This document shows positions 1 through 10,097 of a stretch of 64,000 bases of DNA, one piece after another. The notes under the pieces were generated by a model, which was given only the letters and a program-made list of their open reading frames with translations, ran no database searches and was not told where the DNA came from. Position numbers and translations under genes: made by a program. Each line of letters starts with the position of its first letter. Within the stretch, counting starts at the first letter, position 1. This stretch comes from Bacteroidia bacterium (GTDB lineage: Bacteria > Bacteroidota > Bacteroidia > SpSt-205): NCBI GenBank assembly GCA_025057135.1, contig JANWXY010000085.1:151-64150 (forward strand), given 5' to 3'.

Positions 1-1712
1 AAAACATCCCGTACCCGAAGATAAACCTTGCCTTTATTAGAGGCCAACCGCGGGGTGACAATAAGAGATAATGGAACTCGCCCCCGAGAGATAAGAAAGC
101 TTTTGAGAGCATCCGAACGCACCGCCTCTACCCGGGCCTCATAAAATGCTTGGGTGCTCAGACTCAGGTATATCTTACCATTCTCATGCCCAGAGTACTG
201 CAGCCCTCTCAGGAGAAAGCGCGGCGCATCATTCTGCGGCCCAATCGGCTCGAAACGATCACACCAGGAAATAAAGGCTGGATTTCTCAAAAGTTCTACA
301 CTTATTTCTGAGTCTACAAAATCTTTTGGACGAAATGCGCCATAAGCTGCACACCCAGCTTGAAAGGCATGAGTAAATTCCCTCAAAAGCTCTGTCCGTA
401 CAGACAGCCCAGCGGCTCTATCGTGACCACCGAAGCGCTCCATGAAAGGCCGGCAGCATTCACTTAATACCTGATGAAGAGGTATCTCCGCAGGACTGCG
501 AGCCGAACCCACAAGTGTTCCTTTCTCCAAAGTGAAGGCCACCACAGGGCGATAAAACCATTCCATCAGCTTAGAGGCGACTAATCCTATAATTCCTTTA
601 TGCCAGGCTTTCCCTACCACGACAAGGGCGGGTGGAGGAGGAACTTGACCGTTCGTAATACCCGGATGCTGTTCTTCTAAGGAACGTAGTGCCTCTTGAT
701 AAGCACGTTGCTGGAGCTTTTGACGATATGCGTTGAGTTCCTCTAAATACTCGGCAATCCTCTGAAGCTTTGGGCTAAACTCTCTCGCCAGCAGAAGCTG
801 AAGCGTGTAGCGGGGGTCCCTGAGCCTACCAGGAGCATTTAAGCGAGGAACTATCTGAAATACAATCGGACGAGAGTAAGCCAGCTGCTCTGGAGAAAAC
901 CGCGCCTGCTTCATCAAGGCTGCTATACCTGGACGAAGCGATGACTGCATGTGCCGCAGCCCGAGCTGAACGATTGTCCGGTTTTCTCCGACGAGGGGCA
1001 TAATATCCGCCAAAAGACTAATCGCAGCTAAATCCACTCCTTCCCAGTCCTGAGGCTTGCCAAATCGCGCTTTGTAGGTGGCTAAAAGCCGGTAAGTTAG
1101 CGCAGCGGCAGAGAGATACCGATTACTATAAGTAGAGTCCGGCCTTTGAGGATTGACAAATGCATCAGCTGGCGGAAAGGGGTCCGCTTCACTGACTAAG
1201 TGATGATCTAAAACAATAATCTGCATCCCCGCCGCTTTGAGCCTCTGAAGCTGAGGTATATCTTTCGTACCACAATCTACTGCAATAAAAAGCTCGGTAT
1301 CCGAAGCCATCGCATTTTGTACAGCCACATCCGATACACCGTACCCTTCTGAAATACGGTCGGGCAAATGGACTCTTACGCGCTGATGCCCAAGAGATTT
1401 CAGGAAAGAGTAAAGAAGGGCGACAGATGTGGTGCCATCTACATCATAGTCTCCTACGATAAATATGCTTCTATTTCGTTGTACGGCATCGTGTAGGAGC
1501 TCTATGGCATATTCCGCGTCAGGCAGAGAAGCGATATCCGCAAGCAAATGAGGATTTGGAGTGAGAAATGATTCCAAGTCAGAGGCAGTCCGTATCCCGC
1601 GGCGATGGAGCGCCCGAGCAATAGGAGGGGGTACCTCTAAGCCAAAAAGAGGATCCGAGTCAGGTTCGTATAGCTCCCACTGGGAAAAAAGCCCCTGTAG
1701 GAGACGACTCAT
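1..1712 (-). CDS. recJ: Single-stranded-DNA-specific exonuclease RecJ (3' end runs off the window)
   Basis: Not in the ORF track. Manual translation from ATG 1712 (ATGA overlap with the upstream stop) gives IVGDYDVDGTTS, PDRISEGYG, AVDCGTK, LDHH, WHKGIIGLVASKL, GSARS and FGGH..AAG, i.e. DHH/DHHA1 RecJ motifs. The frame is still open at position 1. Confidence 0.93.
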   Translation of the reverse strand, partial: MSRLLQGLFSQWELYEPDSDPLFGLEVPPPIARALHRRGIRTASDLESFLTPNPHLLADIASLPDAEYAIELLHDAVQRNRSIFIVGDYDVDGTTSVALLYSFLKSLGHQRVRVHLPDRISEGYGVSDVAVQNAMASDTELFIAVDCGTKDIPQLQRLKAAGMQIIVLDHHLVSEADPFPPADAFVNPQRPDSTYSNRYLSAAALTYRLLATYKARFGKPQDWEGVDLAAISLLADIMPLVGENRTIVQLGLRHMQSSLRPGIAALMKQARFSPEQLAYSRPIVFQIVPRLNAPGRLRDPRYTLQLLLAREFSPKLQRIAEYLEELNAYRQKLQQRAYQEALRSLEEQHPGITNGQVPPPPALVVVGKAWHKGIIGLVASKLMEWFYRPVVAFTLEKGTLVGSARSPAEIPLHQVLSECCRPFMERFGGHDRAAGLSVRTELLREFTHAFQAGCAAYGAFRPKDFVDSEISVELLRNPAFISWCDRFEPIGPQNDAPRFLLRGLQYSGHENGKIYLSLSTQAFYEARVEAVRSDALKSFLISRGRVPLSLIVTPRLASNKGKVYLRVRDV

Positions 1713-3421
1713 AAATTCAACGAGGAGCTGAGAGGCGTGTAGCGAAAACCCATGACAAGGACGTCATCGGTTTGTTCTAAATCACCCTTCCACTCACGAA
1801 ATCGCTGCTCTAATATCTGACGCTGTTGGGCAGCTGGAAGCGCATGAATCTCATCCAGTAGCTCATAGAAGCGGCTTTTACCCATACGACGTTTGATAGT
1901 ACCCTCCTGATCTGCATAACCATCTGAGAAGAAGAAAAACATATCCCCGGGTTGAGGTAAAACTTTGTGACTCGTGAAGGGAGTATCCTTGAAGAGATTA
2001 GGATCATCAGCGATACTCCGCGGCGTAGGATGTAGCTCATGACGCTGCCCATCTCTGTAATAAATCAAAGGCCGCCGAGCCCCCGCCACATGAAGCTCGC
2101 CTCTTTCTCTATCTATTTGTACTAAACACATTTCTGCCCCATCTTGGACAACTTCACCCTGAGCTTGTCGTTGAAGCTTCTCACGCACCTGAAGGTCTAC
2201 TATTTGTAGGACACCAGCCACATCAGTTATACCCATCTCATTGACCGCATAGCTAAGGGCATTACTAACAAGGACACTCATAAAAGCCCCAGGCACTCCG
2301 TGTCCTGTACAATCTACGACCGCTAAATAGATATAGCGGCCGTTTTGCTGTTCCGCAAACCAGTAGAAATCTCCGCTGACGACGGCCTTAGGTAAGTAAA
2401 ATATAAAGCTTTCAGGCAAATGATATTGAATCAACTCAGGGCTGGGAATAAGCGCAAGCTGGATGCGCTTAGCATAACGAATACTATCCTCTAACTCCTT
2501 TTTTTGCTCTAAAATCGTATGATAAAGAGCAGCATTTTCCAGTGATATAGCAAGCTGACTGGTAAGCGTCTGGAGCGTATTTTGAACTTCCCGCTGTTCT
2601 CTAAGGTAATCCACGCCTTCACTACGCTCAATAACGACATGCCCCAAATCGCGTCCTCCTTGTTGGAGCCTTATCGGTGCGACAAGGATATGACGACTAT
2701 CCTCAAGCATAGCCTGCATAATCAGGTCCTCTATCTCCTGACGGATAGCGGTGTAACGCTCTTTATCAGCCTCACGCTGAAGAATTTCAACCTGTACTTT
2801 TTTGGCATAAGCGTTCAGAACATTCGCTATACCCTCCAAATAGATATCCTGCTGAGGATACTCTACAACAATCTTGGCGGAAGCAAATCCCACGGTATCA
2901 ACCAAGCTCTCAAAGTACTTCTCTATGAGGCGATTGATTTCACGCTCCCCCGACAGTTTTTGGGTCAAAGTGTTGATATCTCTCAGGAGGCGCATGTAGA
3001 ATTGGAGGCGAATCCGTTGTAAATAAGCTTCCGCAGCCTCCTCTACAGTGAGCATCAAGTCATCTTCGCGCCATGGCTTCATCACATAGCGATACAGACG
3101 AGCATTATTGATGGCATTTTGAACAGCATCCAGCGTAGCTTGGCCAGTGAGAAGTATCTTATAGGAGTCGGGGATTTTTTTGTGGGCTGTAATGAGGAAC
3201 TGGTCGCCTTTCATAGAAGGCATTAGCTGATCGGAGATAATCACAGCAATCTCCCGCCCATCTGTTCGCAGCTCGTCTATGACTTCTAATCCCTCCTCAC
3301 CACTCTGAGCCACCTCACACTCAAACCTCTCCCCCAAGCGGTTCAAAATCTGCTCCTGTAGGCTGTCTAAAATAATCTTTTCATCATCTACGCAGAGGAT
3401 GACTGGTTTCTTATGGTTCAT
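1709..3421 (-). CDS. REC-GAF-SpoIIE/PP2C (RsbU/RsbP-like) response-regulator phosphatase
   Basis: N-terminal receiver (CVDDE...SDQLMP...KPW); central GAF-like region ending AISLENAALY; PP2C motifs AKRIQ, VSGDFYW, DCTGHGVPGAFMS, FSDGYADQ and QTDDV. Confidence 0.9.
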   Translation of the reverse strand: MNHKKPVILCVDDEKIILDSLQEQILNRLGERFECEVAQSGEEGLEVIDELRTDGREIAVIISDQLMPSMKGDQFLITAHKKIPDSYKILLTGQATLDAVQNAINNARLYRYVMKPWREDDLMLTVEEAAEAYLQRIRLQFYMRLLRDINTLTQKLSGEREINRLIEKYFESLVDTVGFASAKIVVEYPQQDIYLEGIANVLNAYAKKVQVEILQREADKERYTAIRQEIEDLIMQAMLEDSRHILVAPIRLQQGGRDLGHVVIERSEGVDYLREQREVQNTLQTLTSQLAISLENAALYHTILEQKKELEDSIRYAKRIQLALIPSPELIQYHLPESFIFYLPKAVVSGDFYWFAEQQNGRYIYLAVVDCTGHGVPGAFMSVLVSNALSYAVNEMGITDVAGVLQIVDLQVREKLQRQAQGEVVQDGAEMCLVQIDRERGELHVAGARRPLIYYRDGQRHELHPTPRSIADDPNLFKDTPFTSHKVLPQPGDMFFFFSDGYADQEGTIKRRMGKSRFYELLDEIHALPAAQQRQILEQRFREWKGDLEQTDDVLVMGFRYTPLSSSLNL

Positions 3422-3427
3422 AAAGGA

Positions 3428-3844
3428 TCAGCTGAGTCCCAGTTTCTTTAGAGCACTATTCACATAGTTGATAAGGTCATCTTCGCGCCAGGGCTTACGG
3501 ATGTATGCGTATAGATTCGCATTTTGAAAAGCATTTTCTACGGCTTCCGGGTCAGCTTGTCCTGTGAGCATGATGGTCACGGTCTCGGGATACTTCTGAT
3601 GAAGCTCTATGAGAAAAGTATCACCTTTGACACGCGGCATTAGCCAATCCGAAATGACAAGCACCATTTCATAGCCCTGAGAGACGAGGTCATCAATAAC
3701 CTCCCATGCTTCATCCACGCTTTCAGCGATCTCATACTCAAACTTATCACCGAAAGTAGTGCGAAGCTGTTCTTGCAAGCTATCCAGGACTATCTTCTCA
3801 TCATCCACACAGAGGATAGCCCGTTTATGTTTCTGTGTCGTCAT
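3428..3844 (-). CDS. Single-domain response regulator (receiver only)
   Basis: 138 aa; ILCVDDE, SDWLMP, MLTGQA, KPW; no output domain. Confidence 0.92.
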   Translation of the reverse strand: MTTQKHKRAILCVDDEKIVLDSLQEQLRTTFGDKFEYEIAESVDEAWEVIDDLVSQGYEMVLVISDWLMPRVKGDTFLIELHQKYPETVTIMLTGQADPEAVENAFQNANLYAYIRKPWREDDLINYVNSALKKLGLS

Positions 3845-3846
3845 AG

Positions 3847-6800
3847 TTATGCAGATTGGACTGTTTGCTGACTAACCACGGTACTCTCAAAAGGCGTCTT
3901 TACGGGAAGACGCACGAAGAAGGTGGTCTTACCCGGCTCACTCTCAAAATAAATCTTTCCTCCATGCTTTTCTACAATCCGACGGGATATATCTAACCCC
4001 AGCCCTGTACCTTCACCTGCCGGCTTCGTGGTAAAAAATGCCTCAAATATCTTGTCTTGAATCTCCTTCGGAATGCCAGGTCCTGAGTCTGTGAAACTCG
4101 TGACAATATCGTCTCCCTCCCTTTTCACTCGGATATGTAGTGAGCCTTTACCTTGCATAGCCTGTATAGCATTTGATATGATATTGGTCCAAACCTGCGA
4201 TATTTGGTCGGGAAGACCTAAAATCTGCGGTAGATCTGCGTCGTATTCCTTAGTGACTTCTATACCGTATTTTAGCTGGTTGTGATAAATGATCAACACT
4301 GTCTCCACCGTATCAACGATACTCATGTACTCAGGTCTGTCTTCCACGCCTTTACGGGAGTAAGCTTTGAGCGCGAAAACAATCTTCTGTGTCTTGCCGA
4401 CGGCAAGCTCTATATTGTCCACATTCAGGCGGAGCTTGCCTATGTTGCCGACCATATCTATTATGAAGCTTGATTTAGGATGTTTGAGGAGAGGCAAGAA
4501 CGGCTCCAAGTTGTCAAAAATACCAATCTTGATTAAGGATTGGGCAAGATTAGCGGCATTCGGGATATTGTTCTGCTCCAGCCATTCCGTGAGCTGACGA
4601 CGATATTGACGCTCTTCTCGGGAGGTAAGAGAACCAGTAAAGCCCAAAGTACGCTCTACCATCTGAAAGAAGAGAGGCGCCATATCTCCAAGTATAGATA
4701 TGAGCTCTGGATATTGCTGAAGGGTCTGTGGCAGAGACTTAGAGATATTTGAAGCAGCTGCACTGATAGCACCGATCGGCGTGTTAATCTCATGAGCTAC
4801 GCCGGCGATTAGCTGACCGAGGGCGGCCATTTTCTCTGATTGAACAAGCTGCTGCTGGGTGTTTTTCAGGTCTTCGTATGCTACTTCTAAATCTTTCTTT
4901 GCTGCCGAAAGTTTGGAGTAGCTTTCTTGAAGTTCGGCAGTACGAGCGCGTACCACAGCTTCCAACTCTCGATTACGGGCTTCCAGCCGAGCAGCATTTA
5001 GGCGTATGAGAGCAAAAACAAGTAACAATGCTAAAACTACATAGAGCACGTATGCCCAGGTAGTACGCCACCAAGGAGGAAGCACCCGAAAGCTATACTT
5101 GAAAGGCGGAGCTTCCATACCGAAAGGCGTGATAGCCTGCACCTCCAAGGTGTAATTCCCCTCAGAGAGGTCGGCAAATGGGATGGACGCCCCAGACTCT
5201 ATGTAGCTCCAATCCCGCTGCTCCCCCGCCTCACTCAAACGATAGCGAAACCGAGTGCGAGCAAGGTTTCCATACGGATTCAGCCAAGAAATAAGGATTT
5301 TACCATAGGCGAGGGAAACAGGCACTTCAGGTATCGCTTTATCTGGCTGACTGAGAAGCAACTTCATCTCCTCGGGAGAATAGTAGCGCCCTCCCCATAA
5401 AAGCGAGTCTTCCCCGATTACAGTCGCACGAATCAATGTCGGCGGTAACGTAAGAGGTTGAAAAGTGAGGTTTCCAGTGACCAGTTCGTCTTTATATGCA
5501 GCCCAGACCGTCCCACCCTGAGCGTATACCACATCGGGGCGACGCCCAAGCAGATTTAGGGTGAGAGGCTTTTCGTCTATAAAAAAAGTCAAAGCGTTTC
5601 CCCCAGAAGTTGCACTCAATACACGCAAGCCCTCGGGATGACGGACAAGTAAATAAGAACCTACGGAAACTATGCGGTCTATCCGCTCCGATATAAGGAG
5701 ACTCCCGAGATTAGGGACAGGGTCAAACTTGCCAGTGGCCTCCTTCAGGGCGTAAATAGACTGCCCCCCTTGAACTAATATCTGATCCTGTATGCGACCC
5801 ACAAAGTAACTGGCTTTTTCCAGGCCGAGCTCTTCATCCGTAGCTTGAACTTTCCGGGTTGAAAGGTCATACTTGAGCAGTCCACCAGAGGTACCAAGCC
5901 AAAGAGTTTGTTTATCTTCTACAAGGCTTTGAACATCTTGGGCATACAGCATGCTGGACTCCTTCCATGCCCCACCCTCATAACGCAGTAGATACAATCC
6001 CCCTCGTCCATACGCATATGCCGTCTGCTGATTGTACGATGAGGGTACGATTCCGACGAAAGCCTTATCTCTGATGATGGGTACGGGGGTACCCCCAGTG
6101 ATATCATACAGCCCCTGAGAACTAGCCAATAAAATACGATTATTCAGCCGCGCAAGGCGCCAACATTCTGAGTTTATGCCAGGTAACTTTTCTGCACGCT
6201 TCTCTTGGGGACGAAACTTAAATGTTCCCTGGATACTGGTGACATACACCTCGGGACCATTAGGCAGGATATCTGTGATTTTACCTTCTATTCCAATCCC
6301 CCTATAGCTGCGCAGAGGAAGGCCGTACAGCACATGCGTGAGCCCTCGTCCATGAGACACCCAAGCATGACCCGCCTCATCTGCGAATAGGGCATATATA
6401 GCATTATCGGGGAATCCCTGTGCCTTGGTCCAGCGCTCGAGCGTGCGCCCTTGAGCATCTATTACGAGCACGCCTCCGTTGTAAGTACCTACTAAAATAT
6501 GCTCAGAGAGAGTAGTAGCTTTATAGATTCGGTTTTCCCGAAGGTATGCTTGATCTTGGAGTTTTATCGGTGTAAAGCCCCCTGCACCTGAGCGCTTACC
6601 CTCATATACATCTCCATCATCCGTGAGGATAAATACAGAGTTGCCAAGCGACACAATTGCACTGACATATTTGTCGTTAAAAACTTTGCCCTGGGGAATG
6701 GGTTGCATGGAGTTAGGGTTAAGCTTGTGCAAACCGCCACCTCCTCTGAGATTTACCCAGACTTCATCGCCAACCTTACCCGCAGCAGTAACAATCACAT

Positions 6801-7272
6801 CGGCTCCGAGAGGTAGAGGATACGGTGCTACGGCTAACTGACTGCCATCTACATATATCACCGATTTAGGTCCTGCGAAATATACACTATTCTGAGCATC
6901 CGAGAAAACCCACTCTATGTCTCCGAAGTTTTGCTTATCCCGAGGTAAAAACCCCCTGTAAGAAGCGTAGTACAGCCGCCCTAAGGAGTCCGTTTTCAGT
7001 TCTCCAAAATCTCCTCTGGACCCTACCCATATGCGATGATTGGGAGAGATAGCCAATCCCCGAACAAGGCTGGTCGTAGGATAAAATTTCCAGCGCTGTC
7101 CATCGTACTCGGAAATACCCTGATTTGTACCGACATATATTAGTCCAGTAGTGGGATCTTGGGTGATAGCGCGTACCTGGGTATATGCCCCATAGTCGTC
7201 CTCAGAAAAGGTATACCATATAGGATATCCCTGCGCCCACAAAAACCCGATTAGGAAGCCTAAAGCCCTCAT
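3847..7272 (-). CDS. Membrane sensor histidine kinase with a large periplasmic beta-propeller/Y_Y_Y sensor
   Basis: Signal peptide MRALGFLIGFLWA|Q; propeller-like repeats (IYVGT, IWVGS, LWLGT); Y_Y_Y-like FRYRL...LSEGNYTLEVQA; PPWWRT followed by a TM helix; H-box GVAHEINTP; N/G boxes QVWTNIISNA, DSGPGIP and GEGTGLGL. ATG 7272 (ORF track: TTG 7275). Confidence 0.9.
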   Translation of the reverse strand: MRALGFLIGFLWAQGYPIWYTFSEDDYGAYTQVRAITQDPTTGLIYVGTNQGISEYDGQRWKFYPTTSLVRGLAISPNHRIWVGSRGDFGELKTDSLGRLYYASYRGFLPRDKQNFGDIEWVFSDAQNSVYFAGPKSVIYVDGSQLAVAPYPLPLGADVIVTAAGKVGDEVWVNLRGGGGLHKLNPNSMQPIPQGKVFNDKYVSAIVSLGNSVFILTDDGDVYEGKRSGAGGFTPIKLQDQAYLRENRIYKATTLSEHILVGTYNGGVLVIDAQGRTLERWTKAQGFPDNAIYALFADEAGHAWVSHGRGLTHVLYGLPLRSYRGIGIEGKITDILPNGPEVYVTSIQGTFKFRPQEKRAEKLPGINSECWRLARLNNRILLASSQGLYDITGGTPVPIIRDKAFVGIVPSSYNQQTAYAYGRGGLYLLRYEGGAWKESSMLYAQDVQSLVEDKQTLWLGTSGGLLKYDLSTRKVQATDEELGLEKASYFVGRIQDQILVQGGQSIYALKEATGKFDPVPNLGSLLISERIDRIVSVGSYLLVRHPEGLRVLSATSGGNALTFFIDEKPLTLNLLGRRPDVVYAQGGTVWAAYKDELVTGNLTFQPLTLPPTLIRATVIGEDSLLWGGRYYSPEEMKLLLSQPDKAIPEVPVSLAYGKILISWLNPYGNLARTRFRYRLSEAGEQRDWSYIESGASIPFADLSEGNYTLEVQAITPFGMEAPPFKYSFRVLPPWWRTTWAYVLYVVLALLLVFALIRLNAARLEARNRELEAVVRARTAELQESYSKLSAAKKDLEVAYEDLKNTQQQLVQSEKMAALGQLIAGVAHEINTPIGAISAAASNISKSLPQTLQQYPELISILGDMAPLFFQMVERTLGFTGSLTSREERQYRRQLTEWLEQNNIPNAANLAQSLIKIGIFDNLEPFLPLLKHPKSSFIIDMVGNIGKLRLNVDNIELAVGKTQKIVFALKAYSRKGVEDRPEYMSIVDTVETVLIIYHNQLKYGIEVTKEYDADLPQILGLPDQISQVWTNIISNAIQAMQGKGSLHIRVKREGDDIVTSFTDSGPGIPKEIQDKIFEAFFTTKPAGEGTGLGLDISRRIVEKHGGKIYFESEPGKTTFFVRLPVKTPFESTVVSQQTVQSA

Positions 7273-7279
7273 CAAACCG

Positions 7280-7296
7280 CAATATTACGAACTTTG
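7280..7296. promoter_or_regulatory. Back-to-back divergent Bacteroidota -7 promoter boxes (kinase operon / recN)
   Basis: TAATATTG on the minus strand (7287-7280), 7 nt before ATG 7272; GAACTTTG on the plus strand (7289-7296), 8 nt before ATG 7305. Each is one mismatch from TAnnTTTG. Confidence 0.55.
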
Positions 7297-7304
7297 TTGA
7301 AAAC

Positions 7305-8981
7305 ATGTTGTTACGGCTAAGCATTCATAACCTCGCTCTCTTTAGGGAGGCAGACCTGATTTTAGAGCCTGGCCTGAATATCCTGACTGGGGAAACGGGA
7401 GCAGGCAAATCCCTCCTTGTAGAGTCTCTAAATATGCTCTTAGGGTATAAGGCAGAGCTCCCCCCCCTCGTAAGCAAGGCAGTCATAGAAGCGGTATTTG
7501 CTCCTATTCCAGAAGCGTTTTTAGCCCACTTATTAGAGCCAGCCGAGGAGCTCGTCCTGCGGTGCGAACTGTCAGCCTCCGGTCGTCGGCGCCTTTTTCT
7601 CAATGATAGTCTCATTTCTGCTCAGACGCTCCGAGAACTCTCCTACTACCTCGTAGAAATTCATAGCCAGCACGAAAGCCAGCAGCTATTTCAACCGCAT
7701 TTTCAGCGGGAGCTATTGGATAATTACGCTGAACTCACACAAGAAGTCAGGGCTTATCAGCAGTTGTATAAAATGTGGCAAGAAAAGAAAGCCCAGCTTG
7801 CTGACCTTCAAAAAAATCATACGGAGCGAAGCCAGCGAATAGCTTGGCTCACGACTCAATTAGAAGAGCTGCAAAATACTCGCCTCTCTACAGAGGAGTA
7901 CATTCACTTAGAAACGCAAATCAGGCGTATAGAGCATCAGGCGCAAATCATCCAGACCCTATCCTATTGGCTCCATCAGCTCAGTGAAAGCCCCCATGCC
8001 CCGTCTGCTCTCCTCAAGGAGGCGACAAAAAGTATTTCTAAGCTTCCTCTGCCCGAAACAGAGGCTATCCTCTCCGATATAGAGTCAGCCCGAGCTGCCC
8101 TTAACGAAGCTATCGCTCGTATAGAAACTCTACTCAGCGAAGTCTCCATAGATTCCGAAGAGGTAGAAAAAATTCGTCTTCGTTACGACCAGTACAACTC
8201 TCTACTGCTCAAATACCGCCTCCCGACCGTGGAAGCTCTCATTGAGATGAGAGATCGCCTCCAAGCGGAATACAACCGCCTGAATACAGCTCAAGAAAGC
8301 TTAGCCCCCCTCCAAGCTGAAGTAGATGCCCTCACCCAAGCCCTATTAGAGAAAGCTTACCGACTGGAACTAGCACGTCTGGCTGCTGCCCAAAGCCTCT
8401 CCGACCATGTGCAGACCTACTTAGCCGAACTGGGCTTAGGATACGCCCATTTTCAGATAGCGGTGGAAAGGCTCACCGATACTAATAGCCCCTATACATG
8501 GGATGGGCAACATATACTCCTCACTCCGTATGGTTTCTCAGATATCGCCTTTCTACTGAGGACAGCACCTAATTTCCCTCTGGCGCCCTTATCGCAGGTC
8601 GCATCAGGGGGAGAGCTCTCCCGAATTATGCTCGCCTTGAAGGCCGCCTTGGGAGAGAGAGTAGAGCTCCCTACGCTTGTGCTGGATGAGATAGATACTG
8701 GTCTCAGCGGAGAGGGCGCTCGTCGAATGGGAGAATTCCTGGCTCGCCTGAGCCGACGCTTTCAGATTATTCTCATCACCCATTTGCCTGCCATAGCGGC
8801 TCAACCAGGGGCGCATTTCTACATATGGAAAGAACCTACGCCAGAAGGCTGGCATACACAAATACGCCGTCTCTCCCCGAATGAAAGAATCCATGAAATC
8901 GCTCGTATGCTTAGTGGAGAAGCCGCAGGTGACGCTTCTCTTGCGGCTGCACAAGAGCTCCTCAAAAGCTCCGCCAAATGA
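7305..8981 (+). CDS. recN: DNA repair protein RecN
   Basis: Walker A GETGAGKS, EIHSQHE, long coiled coil, signature ASGGELSRIML, DEIDTG and ITHLP; 558 aa. Confidence 0.95.
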   Translation: MLLRLSIHNLALFREADLILEPGLNILTGETGAGKSLLVESLNMLLGYKAELPPLVSKAVIEAVFAPIPEAFLAHLLEPAEELVLRCELSASGRRRLFLNDSLISAQTLRELSYYLVEIHSQHESQQLFQPHFQRELLDNYAELTQEVRAYQQLYKMWQEKKAQLADLQKNHTERSQRIAWLTTQLEELQNTRLSTEEYIHLETQIRRIEHQAQIIQTLSYWLHQLSESPHAPSALLKEATKSISKLPLPETEAILSDIESARAALNEAIARIETLLSEVSIDSEEVEKIRLRYDQYNSLLLKYRLPTVEALIEMRDRLQAEYNRLNTAQESLAPLQAEVDALTQALLEKAYRLELARLAAAQSLSDHVQTYLAELGLGYAHFQIAVERLTDTNSPYTWDGQHILLTPYGFSDIAFLLRTAPNFPLAPLSQVASGGELSRIMLALKAALGERVELPTLVLDEIDTGLSGEGARRMGEFLARLSRRFQIILITHLPAIAAQPGAHFYIWKEPTPEGWHTQIRRLSPNERIHEIARMLSGEAAGDASLAAAQELLKSSAK

Positions 8982-9469
8982 GCTTCTTTCAAGCGCTGCT
9001 CCTCACACTTCCAGCTTTATCCCTATCGCAGGTTCTACCTGCCTACCACTGGTCAGAGATAGAGAGTCGCATGTCCCACAGCGCAGAAACCCTATATGTT
9101 ATCAACTTCTGGAGCACTTGGTGTCGTCCCTGTATTGCGGAGCTCCCCTTACTTCAAGCCGCTTATGAGAAACTCAAAGAGCAGATACCTGTACAAATAT
9201 GGCTGATTAGCTTGGACCTTCCACCAGATGGGGCCCAAAAGGCTGCCCAGCTTCTAAGGCAAAAACGCATTTATCTCCCTGCCCTGTGGCTAAACGAGTC
9301 TGACCCTAACCAATGGATACCCCATGTAGACTCTATGTGGGATGGCGCTATACCCTACACCAGAGCCTGGAATGTACCACTTCGGCACACCACGGATTTC
9401 TCCTCAGTCGGAGAAATAGTTGATTTTGTTAAGAAAGCATATGATACGCTTAGGAGTGCTCATCGGTAG
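8978..9469 (+). CDS. TlpA/ResA-like thioredoxin-fold disulfide oxidoreductase
   Basis: VINFWSTWCRPCIAELP (WCxxC) and WDGAIPYT cis-Pro loop; N-terminal signal peptide. Confidence 0.85.
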   Translation: MSFFQALLLTLPALSLSQVLPAYHWSEIESRMSHSAETLYVINFWSTWCRPCIAELPLLQAAYEKLKEQIPVQIWLISLDLPPDGAQKAAQLLRQKRIYLPALWLNESDPNQWIPHVDSMWDGAIPYTRAWNVPLRHTTDFSSVGEIVDFVKKAYDTLRSAHR

Positions 9470-10022
9470 CCTCACCTTTTTAGGTGTCAGGGTCGGGGAC
9501 CAAGCGCCAGATTTTTCCCTCAAAAATATAGATGGAAAGCTCGTCAGTCTCTCCGATTATGCGAAAGAGAAGGGGGTCATCGTAATCTTTACCTGCAATC
9601 ATTGCCCGTATGCCAAGCTTTACGAAGAACGGATTATAGCTCTGCACAAAGAGTTTGCGCCTAAGGGCTTCCCTGTCGTAGCCATCAATCCGAATGCCCC
9701 AGAAATCGTCCCTGAGGACAGCTACGAAAACATGCAGAAACGAGCGAAGGAAAAGAATTATCCCTTCCCATATCTTTTTGATGAAAAGCAGGAGGTCGCT
9801 CGGGCTTATGGGGCAACAAAAACTCCCCATGTATTTCTGCTTCAGAATCAGGGAAAAGCTTTTACCATCGCCTACATTGGGGCAATAGATGATAGCCCAA
9901 ATGACCCTCAAAAAATACAGAAACGCTATCTGGCAGAAGCAATTGAAGCTCTGATAGCTGGCAAGCCCGTACCTATTCCTGAAACTAAAGCCATCGGCTG
10001 CAGCGTCAAGTACCGCAAATAA
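9441..10022 (+). CDS. AhpC/TSA-like thioredoxin-family protein
   Basis: VGDQAPDFSL, FTCNHCPY, AINPN, FPYLFDE, YGATKTPHVF, YIGAIDD and IGCSVK. ATG 9441 preferred to TTG 9420. Confidence 0.85.
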   Translation: MIRLGVLIGSLTFLGVRVGDQAPDFSLKNIDGKLVSLSDYAKEKGVIVIFTCNHCPYAKLYEERIIALHKEFAPKGFPVVAINPNAPEIVPEDSYENMQKRAKEKNYPFPYLFDEKQEVARAYGATKTPHVFLLQNQGKAFTIAYIGAIDDSPNDPQKIQKRYLAEAIEALIAGKPVPIPETKAIGCSVKYRK

Positions 10023-10097
10023 ATCCCTATCCGAACGCCAATAGAGTCATAGCCTTTTCACGCGTAGTTTGCACAGTTCAAATACATTTGTCATGAT

